Both the position numbers and the translations under genes were made by a program. Under the pieces are notes generated by a model. That model was not told the DNA's origin. It ran no database searches and was given only the letters and a program-made list of their open reading frames with translations. From NCBI GenBank assembly GCA_021781555.1, contig JAJXWQ010000005.1:4333-68332 (forward strand): DNA of 64,000 nt, read 5' to 3'. Shown in pieces: positions 41,690 to 51,618 of the stretch. The DNA comes from a bacterium. Its GTDB lineage: Bacteria > Cyanobacteriota > Sericytochromatia > S15B-MN24 > VGJW01. Each line of letters begins with the position of its first letter. The first letter of the stretch is position 1.

Positions 41690-42650
41690 TGGGATACCCG
41701 TGCAGGCCCCCGATCGCGAAGAGGCGCGGGGAATACCACGGCATGCCAAAGCCGCCGACGGCCAGGTCCCCGTCCTTGGGATCGGCCTTGGCGATCTGAC
41801 TCGAGGATGCCGGACCGGCAGCCGCCAGAGCTGGCAGCGTCATCGCCCCCAGGCCGCCGATAAGGCCCGTTCCAAGCGGCATGTACCGGGGTTCGACCCA
41901 GACGAAGGTCTTGCCGGCGTCGCCCGAACTGCCGGCCGACTCACTGCGGTAGTTGATCCCGCCGATGAACTCGCCGGACTTGATCGTGCCGCCGTTCTCG
42001 ACCAGGTTCTGGTCGCCATCCATGAGCTGCAGGTTGGTCTCGTTCGCGGTGGCCCCGGATCCGGAGTCGTCGTTCATTCCGGCGACGTTGGCGGCATAGC
42101 CGATGCGCGCAGCCTCGGCCACGATCTGCGGACCGGCCTGGGCCACCCAGTGGTTGTAGGCGTCGAGGGTGTCGCGGAGCTGCTTGAGCTTCTTGAGGTG
42201 GCCATCGGCCTTCTTGATGTACGCAGTGACCTCGGCCTCGGCTGCAGCCGCCCCCGGCCCGGCCGGGTAGCTCCCCAGGATGGCCACGGCCTTGGCAATC
42301 CGCAGCCGGGCCAGCGTGGCCTCGGCGGTCATCGCCGCGTAGGCCAGGGTGCGGGTGTTGTGGATGCCGACCTTGACGGACACCGCCGCCAGGGCCGCTG
42401 CGTCGGCCGCATCCTGGGACTGGATCTTGGCGGAGGTGAGGCGGGCCATGTCGTAGGTGGAGTAGAGAATGCCCACGAGGACGGCCAGCACGATCGTCAT
42501 GTAGATCATGGCCTGGCCGCGCTGCCGCCGGGCCGCGCCGGGGGCGTGACGAGAGCGGGCGCAACGCCCTCGAGCGAACGTGCGGACGCCCGGCTCCGCC
42601 CGACGGCTTGCCGCCTTCGGGCCCAAGACAGGACGAGGTCGCGTATTCAT
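41673..42650 (-). CDS. TadG/TadF-like pseudopilin protein
   Basis: N-terminal GQAMIYMTIVLAVLVGILY hydrophobic segment typical of Tad pseudopilins; about 325 aa; ATGA coupling with the upstream gene. Confidence 0.55.
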   Translation of the reverse strand: MNTRPRPVLGPKAASRRAEPGVRTFARGRCARSRHAPGAARRQRGQAMIYMTIVLAVLVGILYSTYDMARLTSAKIQSQDAADAAALAAVSVKVGIHNTRTLAYAAMTAEATLARLRIAKAVAILGSYPAGPGAAAAEAEVTAYIKKADGHLKKLKQLRDTLDAYNHWVAQAGPQIVAEAARIGYAANVAGMNDDSGSGATANETNLQLMDGDQNLVENGGTIKSGEFIGGINYRSESAGSSGDAGKTFVWVEPRYMPLGTGLIGGLGAMTLPALAAAGPASSSQIAKADPKDGDLAVGGFGMPWYSPRLFAIGGLHGYPNAILH

Positions 42651-43615
42651 TTGGGCCCGAACAGGAGGCTCTCGGCCGATTTGACCTTGGCGGCAGCTCC
42701 GTCGAATCCCCCCGGGACGGCAGCATCGATGTGCGTGAAGATCGAGGCCACGGTCTGGACGGCCTGGCCCGGGGGCCCCGGTGCCGCCTGGGCGGCGGGC
42801 AGGGCGATGACGACGGCGTCCAGGGCGGCAAAGCCCGAGCACAGCATCGCGGCATTGGTGCTGGTCGCGTCCTCGTACCGGGAGCTGACGTAGAGCTTGC
42901 TCTGGCTGGCGCCGCCGGCGGCCATGTGGCGGTCGTACGGGTTGGCGGCCACGGCCTGGACGGCGGGGTCGGCGGCCAGCAGGACATCAGCGCCCCCCAG
43001 GCTGGGCAGGCCAGGCCCGAGGCTGGGGACGAGGGAGCCCAGGCTCGAAAGCTGCGAACCGAGGCCGGGCAACCAGTTCTGCCAGGGGACCTCGACCTGG
43101 TAGTCGATCATCTCGTCGGTGGGCCGGTGGGCGGCACTCTTGCCGGCGTTTCCCCCGGGCACGAACTCCTCGTTGATCGGGGCCGCGGCGGTCCACTGGT
43201 CGATGGGAGCGAGCGATCCCCCCTGCATCGCGACCGCCCCCGTCAGCAATGCGGTCCATGCATCGCCGTTCCTCGTGACGCGGACGCGGATCAGCCGGCC
43301 CGAGGTGGTGTCGGCCTTGGCCGTCTCGGCCGCCTGCTGGATCCAGGCAGCGTGCGAATCCTGGGCGTAGGTCACCAGAACCTGCCTGGCCACGGACGCA
43401 GCCTGCGGGCCCTGTACCGCGGCGGCTCGAGCCGCAACGAAGGCCGCGCCTTCGAGAACGATCCGGCGCTGGAGGTAGAGGCCGATCTCGATCGTACCGA
43501 AGGACAGGACCAACAGGAGAGGCAGCACGACGGCAAACTCGACCATGGCCTGGCCCTGCTGGCGCCGGGAGCGCGGCGGCGCAAAGGCCGGCCCTGGCAC
43601 GCGGCCAGGGGTCAT
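42647..43615 (-). CDS. tadE: TadE/TadG-family pseudopilin
   Basis: Classic TadE N-terminus QGQAMVEFAVVLPLLLVLSFGTIEIG. Confidence 0.7.
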   Translation of the reverse strand: MTPGRVPGPAFAPPRSRRQQGQAMVEFAVVLPLLLVLSFGTIEIGLYLQRRIVLEGAAFVAARAAAVQGPQAASVARQVLVTYAQDSHAAWIQQAAETAKADTTSGRLIRVRVTRNGDAWTALLTGAVAMQGGSLAPIDQWTAAAPINEEFVPGGNAGKSAAHRPTDEMIDYQVEVPWQNWLPGLGSQLSSLGSLVPSLGPGLPSLGGADVLLAADPAVQAVAANPYDRHMAAGGASQSKLYVSSRYEDATSTNAAMLCSGFAALDAVVIALPAAQAAPGPPGQAVQTVASIFTHIDAAVPGGFDGAAAKVKSAESLLFGPK

Positions 43616-43671
43616 GGGCCGCCCGAAGGGCGGTGAGGGCCTCCGGACGGGAGGCTTGGCGCATGGCATCG

Positions 43672-44235
43672 CTACAGCCGCCAAGCCGGAAGGTTGATCA
43701 GGGGCGGTCCGAACATGGCGGCCAGCGTGCCCACGGCGATCGAGATTCCGTAGGGCAAGAGCGGTGCCACGGACTCCTGCACCAGCGGCGCCGGGTTGAT
43801 TCCGCCCTGGAGCGCCATGAGGTAGACCCGGAGCTGCCGGAGCAAGCGGCCCAACGCCCCATGGGCAGCCGCCCAGGCCAGGCTGAAGACCCCTCCCGCG
43901 AGCGCGACGTAGAGCAGCCCGGAGACGGCCAAGGGCCACCCGAGCCAGGCTCCGACGGCCGCCATGAGCTTGAGGTCGCCAGCCTTCATTCCGCCAAGGA
44001 GAACCAGCAGCAAGAAGACAACCGTGGTGAGCCCGAAGCCTGCCAGCGCCTCGAGGCCACCCGACAGGGCACCGCCGGCCCCGTGGTGGAATGCCCCGGC
44101 TCCGATCGAGACCAGGAACCCGAGTGCAAGAGCCGGGAACGTAAGCCAGTTGTAGATCTTATGCCAGCGCCAGTCCGTATAGACCGCCACGAGCACGACG
44201 GGCACGAGGGCCCATCTCCAGGGTTCGGCGACCAC
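43672..44235 (-). CDS. cpaA: Prepilin peptidase CpaA/TadV (peptidase A24, N-domain-less type)
   Basis: Motif YTDWRWHKIYNWLTFPAL (D...KIPN-like); 5 TM helices; second Asp region GGMKAGDLKLMAAVGAWLGW. Confidence 0.8.
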   Translation of the reverse strand: MVAEPWRWALVPVVLVAVYTDWRWHKIYNWLTFPALALGFLVSIGAGAFHHGAGGALSGGLEALAGFGLTTVVFLLLVLLGGMKAGDLKLMAAVGAWLGWPLAVSGLLYVALAGGVFSLAWAAAHGALGRLLRQLRVYLMALQGGINPAPLVQESVAPLLPYGISIAVGTLAAMFGPPLINLPAWRL

Positions 44236-44405
44236 GCTAGATGCCCTTTCCGCCCTCTATCTACCCGAAAGCTGCACTGGAGCATCGCCAGGGCCCGTCC
44301 AGCGACCGCCCGCAGAGCCCCGGCAGGGCCGACCTGGTTGCCCCTGCCGGCGTCGACGGATCCAGGCTTGCCGGGGCTCCCCTGGCCGAGGCCGCAAAGC
44401 TCCCG

Positions 44406-44576
44406 TCAAGCTCCATGGACCATGTTGTGCAGCAGGGTCTGGAGGGCCATGTTGATGTTCTGGCCGACCTTGGTGAATGCGCCGATACAGACCGCGGCGA
44501 TGACAGCGACGATGATCCCGTACTCGACCATGCTCTGGCCGTCCTCGTCCGCCTGCAGGACCTGCAGGTTGATCAT
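44406..44576 (-). CDS. flp: Flp family type IVb pilin
   Basis: 57 aa; MINLQVLQADEDGQSMVEYGIIVAVIAAVCIGAF carries the Flp motif (G|xxxxEY then a hydrophobic helix); the N-terminal extension in the ORF track is repeat sequence. Confidence 0.8.
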   Translation of the reverse strand: MINLQVLQADEDGQSMVEYGIIVAVIAAVCIGAFTKVGQNINMALQTLLHNMVHGA

Positions 44577-44582
44577 GATCAA

Positions 44583-44680
44583 TACCTCTTGCAGCTTGAA
44601 CCGGTCCCTCGGCGCGGTGGCTACGCTACGCAACCGGGCCCCGTTTGACTCCTGCGGCCCGATCGCGTCGAGGCGAAACC
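44583..44680 (-). repeat. MITE-like repeat copy (minus orientation) immediately upstream of flp
   Basis: The reverse complement aligns with the consensus; it occupies the flp promoter/5' region. Confidence 0.8.
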
Positions 44681-44856
44681 GCTCGGGGCACCTCCTGCGC
44701 CGACAACCGCTACATCCGTTATCCGGATGCCAGCGGCCGGCCTTGCCGCCCTTATGATTAGGCAGAGTTTAATCGGCGTTTAAGGACCATGAACCTGGCG
44801 GCCGTCGCCCACGGATGCGGTCACGCGCCGCGGTAGCCGGGCCTGGCGCACGCGGC

Positions 44857-44876
44857 AAAGCCCCCGCTCGGGGGCG
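44857..44876 (-). terminator. GC hairpin followed by a short T-tract downstream of the crp-like gene
   Basis: On the minus strand: gcccccgagcgggggc then tttgc, 20 nt after the TAG stop. Confidence 0.45.
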
Positions 44877-44895
44877 GGGGCTCGCGAGGCCAGGG

Positions 44896-45633
44896 CTAGC
44901 CCCAGGCTGCCAGCAGCTCCGGGCGGTTGATCGTGATCTGCTGGTGGGAGATCGAGATGATCTCCTGGTCCTGCAGGCGGTTGAGGGCCCGGGTGACGGT
45001 CTCGCGGCTCGAGCCGACCATGTTGGCGAGATCCTGGTGCGTCATCTTGAGGTTGATGAGGATCCGGTTGTTGGTCAGCTGCCGGCCCTCGATCTTGGAA
45101 AGGTTGCAGAGCGTGGACGCGACGCGCTCGTGGACATCCTTGAAGGCCAGGTCCTCGACCTGCTGGTTGACCTGCCGGATCCGGCGCGTGAGGTCGCGCA
45201 TGATCTTGAGCGCGATCTGGGGATGCTCGAAGATGATGCGCTCGAAGTCGCGCTTGGCCACGGTGAAGACCACGGCCTGCTCGTCGATGACCTCGGCCGT
45301 GGCCGACCGGGGAAGCTGATCGAAGATCGCCATCTCTCCGAAGAAGTCGCCCGGCTGCATGATCGTGAGCGTCTTCTCGCGGCCATCTTCGGTGATCTTG
45401 GAGATCTTGACCCGCCCGGACTTGAGGATGTACAGGGTGTCGCCGTGATCTCCCTCGTGGAAGATCACGCTCCGGCGGGAGTAGGACTTCTCCCCGGTAA
45501 TGGCGGCGATGCGCGCCAGAGAATCGCTTCCCACGCCCGAGAAGATGGAGACCCTTTGGAGGAACGCCAAGCTGCTTTGTTGCGGTGGTAGGGAGCGTGT
45601 CTTCTCCACGACGTTGTTCTCCTTCTCTGGCAC
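44896..45633 (-). CDS. Crp/Fnr-family transcriptional regulator (cNMP-binding + HTH)
   Basis: cNMP-binding beta-roll (YILKSGRVKI ... GDFFGEMAIFD ... RSATAEV); C-terminal HTH (THQDLANMVGSSRETVTRALNRL). Confidence 0.85.
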   Translation of the reverse strand: MPEKENNVVEKTRSLPPQQSSLAFLQRVSIFSGVGSDSLARIAAITGEKSYSRRSVIFHEGDHGDTLYILKSGRVKISKITEDGREKTLTIMQPGDFFGEMAIFDQLPRSATAEVIDEQAVVFTVAKRDFERIIFEHPQIALKIMRDLTRRIRQVNQQVEDLAFKDVHERVASTLCNLSKIEGRQLTNNRILINLKMTHQDLANMVGSSRETVTRALNRLQDQEIISISHQQITINRPELLAAWG

Positions 45634-45945
45634 GCTGTCGCGAATGCGCTAACGACTCTTTGTTTACATCTCCGACTTGTGCGTAGCTTGCCGGACGCGC
45701 GGTGTCCTCGTCAAGTACATTTGCACATGCATTTACGAAAGTTGTGTCGGCGCCGTGGAGGTTGTAACGATCTGTGCGGCGGATCGGTCGAACATGCGGC
45801 CTAAGGACGCGTCGATTCCGGGAATGATGCAAAGCCACGGCGGGTAGAACAGCCGCTCGAACGGGAAAACCGCCCCCCTCGATAACACTTCGCAATAATA
45901 TTAGGTTGATATTAAGACAACCTTTTAAGGTCCGGAGAGCCAAAC

Positions 45946-46095
45946 TTAGAGTGCTCCCGGTTTGAATGGATCGAGCCCGATGAGTCAAACGGGGCCCGGT
46001 TGCGCAGCGAAGCGACCGCGCAGAGGGACCCGTTCAAACTGCAAAAGGCCTAGACCCGTTGCGCAACGACCGCGCAGCCGCGCGGAGCAACCGCC
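45946..46095 (+). repeat. Full MITE-like repeat copy plus a partial second unit
   Basis: cttagagtgctcccggtttgaatggatcgagcccgatgagtcaaacggggcccggttgcgcagcgaagcgaccgcgcagagggacccgttcaaactgcaaaaggcctag, followed by a diverged half unit. Confidence 0.9.
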
Positions 46096-46140
46096 CCCCA
46101 GCCGCCCGGAGCGACAACCCGAGGGTAGCGGGCCAGCTCG

Positions 46141-46920
46141 TTACTTGCTGTAGGTGATCGGCCAGGAGCCCGCCGGGCCGACGTCGATGCCGGAGACGGC
46201 CGAGAGGTCCGAAACGTTGGTCCGCAGCGCGGACAGGCTCACGGAATAGGTCGTGCCGGAAGTCATGGAGTAGTTGCTGCCCATCTGGGCGTAGCCCGGC
46301 CAGCCAAGCTTGGTATCCGGCAGGGTTCCGATCGTGGCGGACTCGGTGCTGACGAGGACCGCGAACACGGGGTTGCCGGGTGCGCTGGCGGGGGCCAGGG
46401 TGAGGTAATAGGCGGTCGCGTCCGGAACCGGCGCCCAGTTGAGCGTCGGCTGGGCGCTGGGGGCCGCTCCGCCCGCCAGACCGGTGCCGGAGGCCCCGAC
46501 GATGGTCGGCGCGGTGGGAGCGCTCAGACTGGCATCGTGCGACAGCATCTGGACGCTGGCGATGTTGGACCGGATCAGCTCGGACGCGTTCACATCCAGG
46601 GCGCGGATCTGATACGACTGGCTGGCTCCCGGGGTCGTGACCGTAGGATCCGTGTAGCTGGTCTTGGTGGTGAAGTTCGGGGTGATCGAATTCAGATTGG
46701 TGGGGGATGCCCCAGCCAGGACATCGTACGACGTGGCCCGCGGAACGGCATTCCAGGCCAGGAACACGTTGTACTGCGCCAGCCCTCGCGAGGCGTTGTA
46801 CTGGGTGACGGCCAGAGCTTGCAGGGTGAGCGAAGACTGGGTGTTCTGGCTGCCCGCCGGGCAAGCGGTCAGCAGGAAGCTGGTGAGAACGGCGGCAGGG
46901 GCCAGGCGAAAAGCGGTCAT
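46141..46920 (-). CDS. Lipoprotein with fibronectin-III/Ig-like repeats (hypothetical)
   Basis: Lipobox LLTACP; Ser/Thr-rich beta-repeat sequence; 260 aa from MTAF. Confidence 0.55.
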   Translation of the reverse strand: MTAFRLAPAAVLTSFLLTACPAGSQNTQSSLTLQALAVTQYNASRGLAQYNVFLAWNAVPRATSYDVLAGASPTNLNSITPNFTTKTSYTDPTVTTPGASQSYQIRALDVNASELIRSNIASVQMLSHDASLSAPTAPTIVGASGTGLAGGAAPSAQPTLNWAPVPDATAYYLTLAPASAPGNPVFAVLVSTESATIGTLPDTKLGWPGYAQMGSNYSMTSGTTYSVSLSALRTNVSDLSAVSGIDVGPAGSWPITYSK

Positions 46921-47071
46921 TGCATTACTCTCGACGATCCGGGCGACAAGTTCTCGGGCATCCGTCACGAGTCGTGATCCTCGTCGCCCCGAGCCGGTAA
47001 CTCCCTGACACCAGGGATAGCCACGGACTGGACGGGCCCAGCCATCAAGAAGCGCAACACGACCCGATGGC

Positions 47072-47758
47072 TCAGACGATGAGCTCCCTCAGCTTGGTTT
47101 CATTTCTCAAGGTGAACTGGTTGCGATCGATGTCCACCAGTCCGCGATCCTGGTACTCCATGAGGACCCGCGTGAACGTCTCGCGGCTGGTCCCGGTAAG
47201 GTTGGCCATCTCCTGCCGCGTCATCGTCGTCTCGAAGGTGAGACCCGAGGTCGAGGCCTTGCCCTGCTCGCCGGCCATGTCGAGCAGGAGCCTGGCGACG
47301 CGGCCGGGCGCGGAGAGGAACGCCAGGCTCTCGACGTGACGGTCGGTCTGGCGCAGACGGTGGGTGAGGACGACGAGGAGCTTGAGCGTGAGCGTGGGAT
47401 CGGCCTTGAGCTGGCTCATGAACTCGTCGCGCTGGATGGTGAGGATCTTGCTCTCCTCGACCGCGATGGCCGTGGCGCTGCGAGGCTCGCCGTCGAGCAG
47501 GCTCATCTCCCCGAACAGATCGCCCGGCCGCAAGAGGCCCAGGATGTGCTCCCGGCCGTCCTGGGAGTTGACGACGATCTTGACGCTACCGTCCGTGAGA
47601 ATGTAGCAGCTCGTGCCGGGATCGTCTTCGTAGAACAGGATCGAGCCCTTCGGGACCGACCGCTGCCGACAGAGCCTGGCAATGACCTCCAGCTCGACCT
47701 CGTCGAGGTTGGAGAAGAGCGCGGTCCGACGCAGGACGGGCTCGAGCAGATGAGGCAA
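47072..47758 (-). CDS. Crp/Fnr-family transcriptional regulator (second paralog)
   Basis: cNMP-binding domain (GDLFGEMSLLDGEPRSATAIA); HTH (TRQEMANLTGTSRETFTRVL). Confidence 0.85.
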   Translation of the reverse strand: MPHLLEPVLRRTALFSNLDEVELEVIARLCRQRSVPKGSILFYEDDPGTSCYILTDGSVKIVVNSQDGREHILGLLRPGDLFGEMSLLDGEPRSATAIAVEESKILTIQRDEFMSQLKADPTLTLKLLVVLTHRLRQTDRHVESLAFLSAPGRVARLLLDMAGEQGKASTSGLTFETTMTRQEMANLTGTSRETFTRVLMEYQDRGLVDIDRNQFTLRNETKLRELIV

Positions 47759-47897
47759 GGCGATCTCTCCTCCGGGTCGATCACGAAGCGCTCACCATTG
47801 TAGCCCGGCGCTCGAAGCACCGTCCATGAAGGCTCTCCCGCCGGTAGCGCTCGCCCCTTGACCGCAAGCCGGACCGGCAAAAGGCCCCAGAAGGCCG

Positions 47898-49811
47898 TCA
47901 GTCCTCGAGCGTCGAGAGATCGCCCTCTGGCTGCCCCATGGCGCGGGCCTTGAGCACCCGGCGCATGATCTTGCCCGAGCGGGTCTTGGGGAGCTTGTCG
48001 ACGATCTCGATCTTCTCGGGCCGGGCGATGGGACCGACCTCCCGGGCCACGTGGGCCGACAGCTCCTCCACCAGCCCTGGACCGGGCACGAACCCCTCGC
48101 GCAGGATCACGAAACCGTGGATGACGTTGCCCTTGAGCTCGTGCGGAACGCCGATCGCCGCAGCCTCGCTCACGGCAGCGTGGCTGACCAGGGCGCTCTC
48201 GATCTCCGCGGTTCCCAGGCGGTATCCGGAAACCTTGATCACGTCGTCGACGCGACCGATGATCCAGAAGTAGCCATCCGCGTCGACCCGCGCCGAGTCG
48301 CCGGTGAGGTACTTGCCGGGATAGGTCGACCAGTACTGCTTCACGTAGCGATCGGGATCCCGGTGGATGCCACGGAGCATCGCGGGCCACGGCCGGGTGA
48401 TCACCAGCTTGCCTTCCTCGCCCGGTGCCACGGGCTGGCCGGCCTCGTCGACCACCTCGGCGAGGATGCCGGGGAACGGCTTGGTGGCGGAGCCCGGCTT
48501 CAAGGGCAGCGAGGGTACCGGGGTGATCATGAAGGCGCCGGTCTCGGTCTGCCACCAGGTGTCGATGATCGGGCAGCGCCCGCCCCCGATGACCCGATGG
48601 TACCAGCGCCAGGCCTCGGGGTTGATGGGCTCGCCGACCGAACCCAGCAGGCGTAGCGTGCTGAGGTCGTGCCGGTTGACCCAGGCCTCGCCGAAACGCA
48701 TCAGTCCGCGAATCGCGGTGGGCGCGGCATACAGGATGTTGACCCCGTATTTCTCGACGATCCGCCACCAGCGATCGGGGTAGGGATAGGTCGGTGCGCC
48801 CTCGTAGATGATCGACGTGACCCCGAGCATCAACGGGGCGTACACGATGTAGCTATGGCCGGTGATCCAGCCCGGATCTGCCGCGCACCACCAGCGATCC
48901 TCCGCCCGCACGTCGAAGGCGTACTTCATGGTGGCGCTGATGCCCACCTGGTAGCCGCCGTGCGTGTGCATGATGCCCTTGGGCTTCCCGGTGGTGCCCG
49001 AGGTGTAGAGCAAAAACAGGGGATCCTCGGCATCCATGACTTCCGTCTTGCAGGTGCCGTGGGTCGCGGGGTTCCTGGCGAAGGGCAGGCCCATCAGCTC
49101 GTCGTACCAGTAATCCCGACCAACCTCCATGGACACCGCAAGTCCGGCGCGCTTGACGACGATGACGTGCTCCACCGTGCCCGAACGCCGCAGGGCCTCG
49201 TCGGCAATCTGCTTGAGGGGGACCGGCTTGCCGCGCATGAAGCCACCGTCCGCGGTGATCAGAACCTTGGACTCGCTGTCCTGGATGCGCTCTGCCAGCG
49301 CCTCTACCGAGAATCCGCCGTAGACCACCGAGTGCACTGCGCCGATCTTTGCCGTGGCCAGCATGGCGATGGGCAGTTCGAGGACGCGCGGCAGGTAGAT
49401 GGTCACCCGGTCGCCCTTGTTGACGCCCATGCTCTTGAGGACGTTGGCGAAGCGGCAGACCTCGCGGTTCAGCGCATGGAAGCTCATGGTGCGCACCGTA
49501 CCGTCTTCACCCTCCCAGATGTAGGCGAGCTTGTTGCGCACCGGCGTGTTCTGATGGCGGTCGAGGGCGTTGAGAACCACGTTGGTCTTGCCCCCGACGA
49601 ACCACTTGAAGAACGGCGGGTTCGACTCTTCGAGGACCTTGTCCCACGGCTCGAACCAGGCGAGCTCCTTGGCCTCTCGCTCCCAGAACCCCAGCGGGTC
49701 CGCTGCCGCCTGGTTGCGCAGGGCGTCGTAGTCCTTGACTAGACAGGTCTCGAGGGTTTCGGCGCTTGGGGCCCAGAGCTCCGGCTGCAGGCGATCGGCT
49801 TCATCGGCCAT
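47898..49811 (-). CDS. acs: Acetyl-CoA synthetase (acetate--CoA ligase)
   Basis: 637 aa; AMP-binding motif [11 protein letters not shown]; remaining ACS core motifs (WWQTETG ... [11 protein letters not shown] ... [10 protein letters not shown]). Confidence 0.93.
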   Translation of the reverse strand: MADEADRLQPELWAPSAETLETCLVKDYDALRNQAAADPLGFWEREAKELAWFEPWDKVLEESNPPFFKWFVGGKTNVVLNALDRHQNTPVRNKLAYIWEGEDGTVRTMSFHALNREVCRFANVLKSMGVNKGDRVTIYLPRVLELPIAMLATAKIGAVHSVVYGGFSVEALAERIQDSESKVLITADGGFMRGKPVPLKQIADEALRRSGTVEHVIVVKRAGLAVSMEVGRDYWYDELMGLPFARNPATHGTCKTEVMDAEDPLFLLYTSGTTGKPKGIMHTHGGYQVGISATMKYAFDVRAEDRWWCAADPGWITGHSYIVYAPLMLGVTSIIYEGAPTYPYPDRWWRIVEKYGVNILYAAPTAIRGLMRFGEAWVNRHDLSTLRLLGSVGEPINPEAWRWYHRVIGGGRCPIIDTWWQTETGAFMITPVPSLPLKPGSATKPFPGILAEVVDEAGQPVAPGEEGKLVITRPWPAMLRGIHRDPDRYVKQYWSTYPGKYLTGDSARVDADGYFWIIGRVDDVIKVSGYRLGTAEIESALVSHAAVSEAAAIGVPHELKGNVIHGFVILREGFVPGPGLVEELSAHVAREVGPIARPEKIEIVDKLPKTRSGKIMRRVLKARAMGQPEGDLSTLED

Positions 49812-49953
49812 TCGCGTGACATCTCCTTTCTGGTTCTGCCGCAGTATAGCAGCCAGGCAACGCTCGACGCTCCAACCCCGGTGGCCGCAGGACCGGATGC
49901 CGTCTCCGGGATCTCCGGGATCTGCGCGATCATCGCCCGCGGGCGCCGGTGGT

Positions 49954-50508
49954 TCAGGCGAGGGTCAAGCTGGCGGTGAAGGCCTTCCAGGTGGGCAGGC
50001 GGAGATCCTTCTCGGAGAGCTCGGCGTCGGCCACCGGCCACGGCAGGGCGAGGTCGGGGTCGTTCCACAGGATCCCGCCTTCGGCCTTGGGGGCGTACTC
50101 GGTCGTGCACTTGTAGAGCACGTCGGCCTGGGCGGAAAGGACCTGGAACCCGTGCGCGAACCCGGCCGGAATGTATAGCTGGTGAAGATTCTCCCCCGAC
50201 AGGGTCCGTGCCACCCACCGGCCGAAAGTGCTCGACCGGGGCCGGACATCCACCGCGACGTCCCAGATCTCCCCCGCCAGGCAGCGAACGAGCTTGCCCT
50301 GTGCGGCGGCACCCGTCTGGAAATGCAAGCCGCGGACCGTTCCCCGGATGGACCTGGACTGGTTGTCCTGCACGAAGGCCTGCCCGATGGATGCCTCGAA
50401 GTCACTCGAGCGATAGGCCTCGAAGAAGCTTCCCCGGTTGTCAGCAAAGAGGCGGGGCACGACCAGGACGACTCCAGGCAGCTCGAGGGCTTCGAAGGAA
50501 AAAGGCAA
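49954..50508 (-). CDS. rfbC: dTDP-4-dehydrorhamnose 3,5-epimerase (cupin)
   Basis: RmlC motifs [20 protein letters not shown]; 184 aa; solitary (no rfbABD nearby). Confidence 0.85.
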   Translation of the reverse strand: MPFSFEALELPGVVLVVPRLFADNRGSFFEAYRSSDFEASIGQAFVQDNQSRSIRGTVRGLHFQTGAAAQGKLVRCLAGEIWDVAVDVRPRSSTFGRWVARTLSGENLHQLYIPAGFAHGFQVLSAQADVLYKCTTEYAPKAEGGILWNDPDLALPWPVADAELSEKDLRLPTWKAFTASLTLA

Positions 50509-50586
50509 GGGCAGCTCCTTCAGGCAAGGCGGACACCGCCGTCGGCCCTCGATCCTACCACGGCCCGGGAGCCCGGCAACGGGGCC

Positions 50587-51618
50587 TCAGTGCCACGCCA
50601 GGAGCGCAACCACGAAGGCCAGGTAGAAACCGCCGCCCGCCAGGAGGCTGAAGGCCGACAGGCGGCGCCCGGCCCGCCACCAGAGGAGCCCACCGGAGGC
50701 CACCGCGAGCCCGCTGCTCACGAGCGCCGGCCAGGAAAGCTTCCAGGGCGTCAACCACAGCCCCACGGCGACGAGGACGGTGCTCTGGAAGACCATCGCG
50801 CCCGTGATGTTGCCGATCGCCAGACGGTCCTTGTTCACCCGCAGCCAGGTGACGGAGTTGTACTTCTCGGGCAGTTCGGTGGCGATCGGCGTGATGAAGA
50901 GCGACAGGACGAGCGGTGAAACGCCTGCGTTGCGCGCCAGGTGCTCGAGCGCGTCGACGAAGAAGTGCGTGGCCGCCACGATGCCCGCCAGGGCCACCAG
51001 GACCTGGGCCAGGACCCGCCAGAGGGGCGGCCGGGCGTGTCGGCGGGCGAAGTAGAGCGGGTCGAGATCCTCGCCTGGCTCGCCCGGTCCGGTGATCGTC
51101 CGGTAGGTATACCAGGCGTAAGCGGCCAGGAAGACGAACCCCAGCGCCTGACGCACCGTGACGGCGCCCGCGATCCGCCAGGGGGGCAAAAACGAGATGC
51201 CGATCGCCGCCGCGTAGGCCAGCAGGAAGACCGTGAGGTCCAGCCGCACGTCCTTCGGCTCGAGGTCGAGGGCCTCCTCGCGCCAGCCTCGCCGCGTGAA
51301 GAGGACGACAGCCACGCCGGAGACGAACATCGCCAGCGTCGCCAGCATGAAGGGCGCTCCCACGATCGCCCCGACCCCGATCGCCGAGGGGGCCGAAGCC
51401 AGGGAAAGAGCGCCGGCCCCGACGATGGCCACGATCGGTACGAGCGTCTCGGGCAGCGCCGTCCCCACGGCTGCCAGCACGCTGCCGACGGCCCCCTCGT
51501 GCAATCCCAGCAGGCTTCCCAGCCACTCGATCCCGTTCGTGAAAGCCTCGCAGGCCACGACGATCAGCCCGATCAGCAGGAGCAGGGCGAGGATTTCGAG
51601 GAGGATCGCGCCGATCAC
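50587..51618 (-). CDS. Na+/Ca2+ exchanger (CaCA) family membrane protein
   Basis: alpha-1 repeat GTALPETLV and alpha-2 repeat GNITGAMVFQS; about 10 TM helices; 4-bp overlap with the upstream helicase gene. Confidence 0.7.
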   Translation of the reverse strand: MIGAILLEILALLLLIGLIVVACEAFTNGIEWLGSLLGLHEGAVGSVLAAVGTALPETLVPIVAIVGAGALSLASAPSAIGVGAIVGAPFMLATLAMFVSGVAVVLFTRRGWREEALDLEPKDVRLDLTVFLLAYAAAIGISFLPPWRIAGAVTVRQALGFVFLAAYAWYTYRTITGPGEPGEDLDPLYFARRHARPPLWRVLAQVLVALAGIVAATHFFVDALEHLARNAGVSPLVLSLFITPIATELPEKYNSVTWLRVNKDRLAIGNITGAMVFQSTVLVAVGLWLTPWKLSWPALVSSGLAVASGGLLWWRAGRRLSAFSLLAGGGFYLAFVVALLAWH

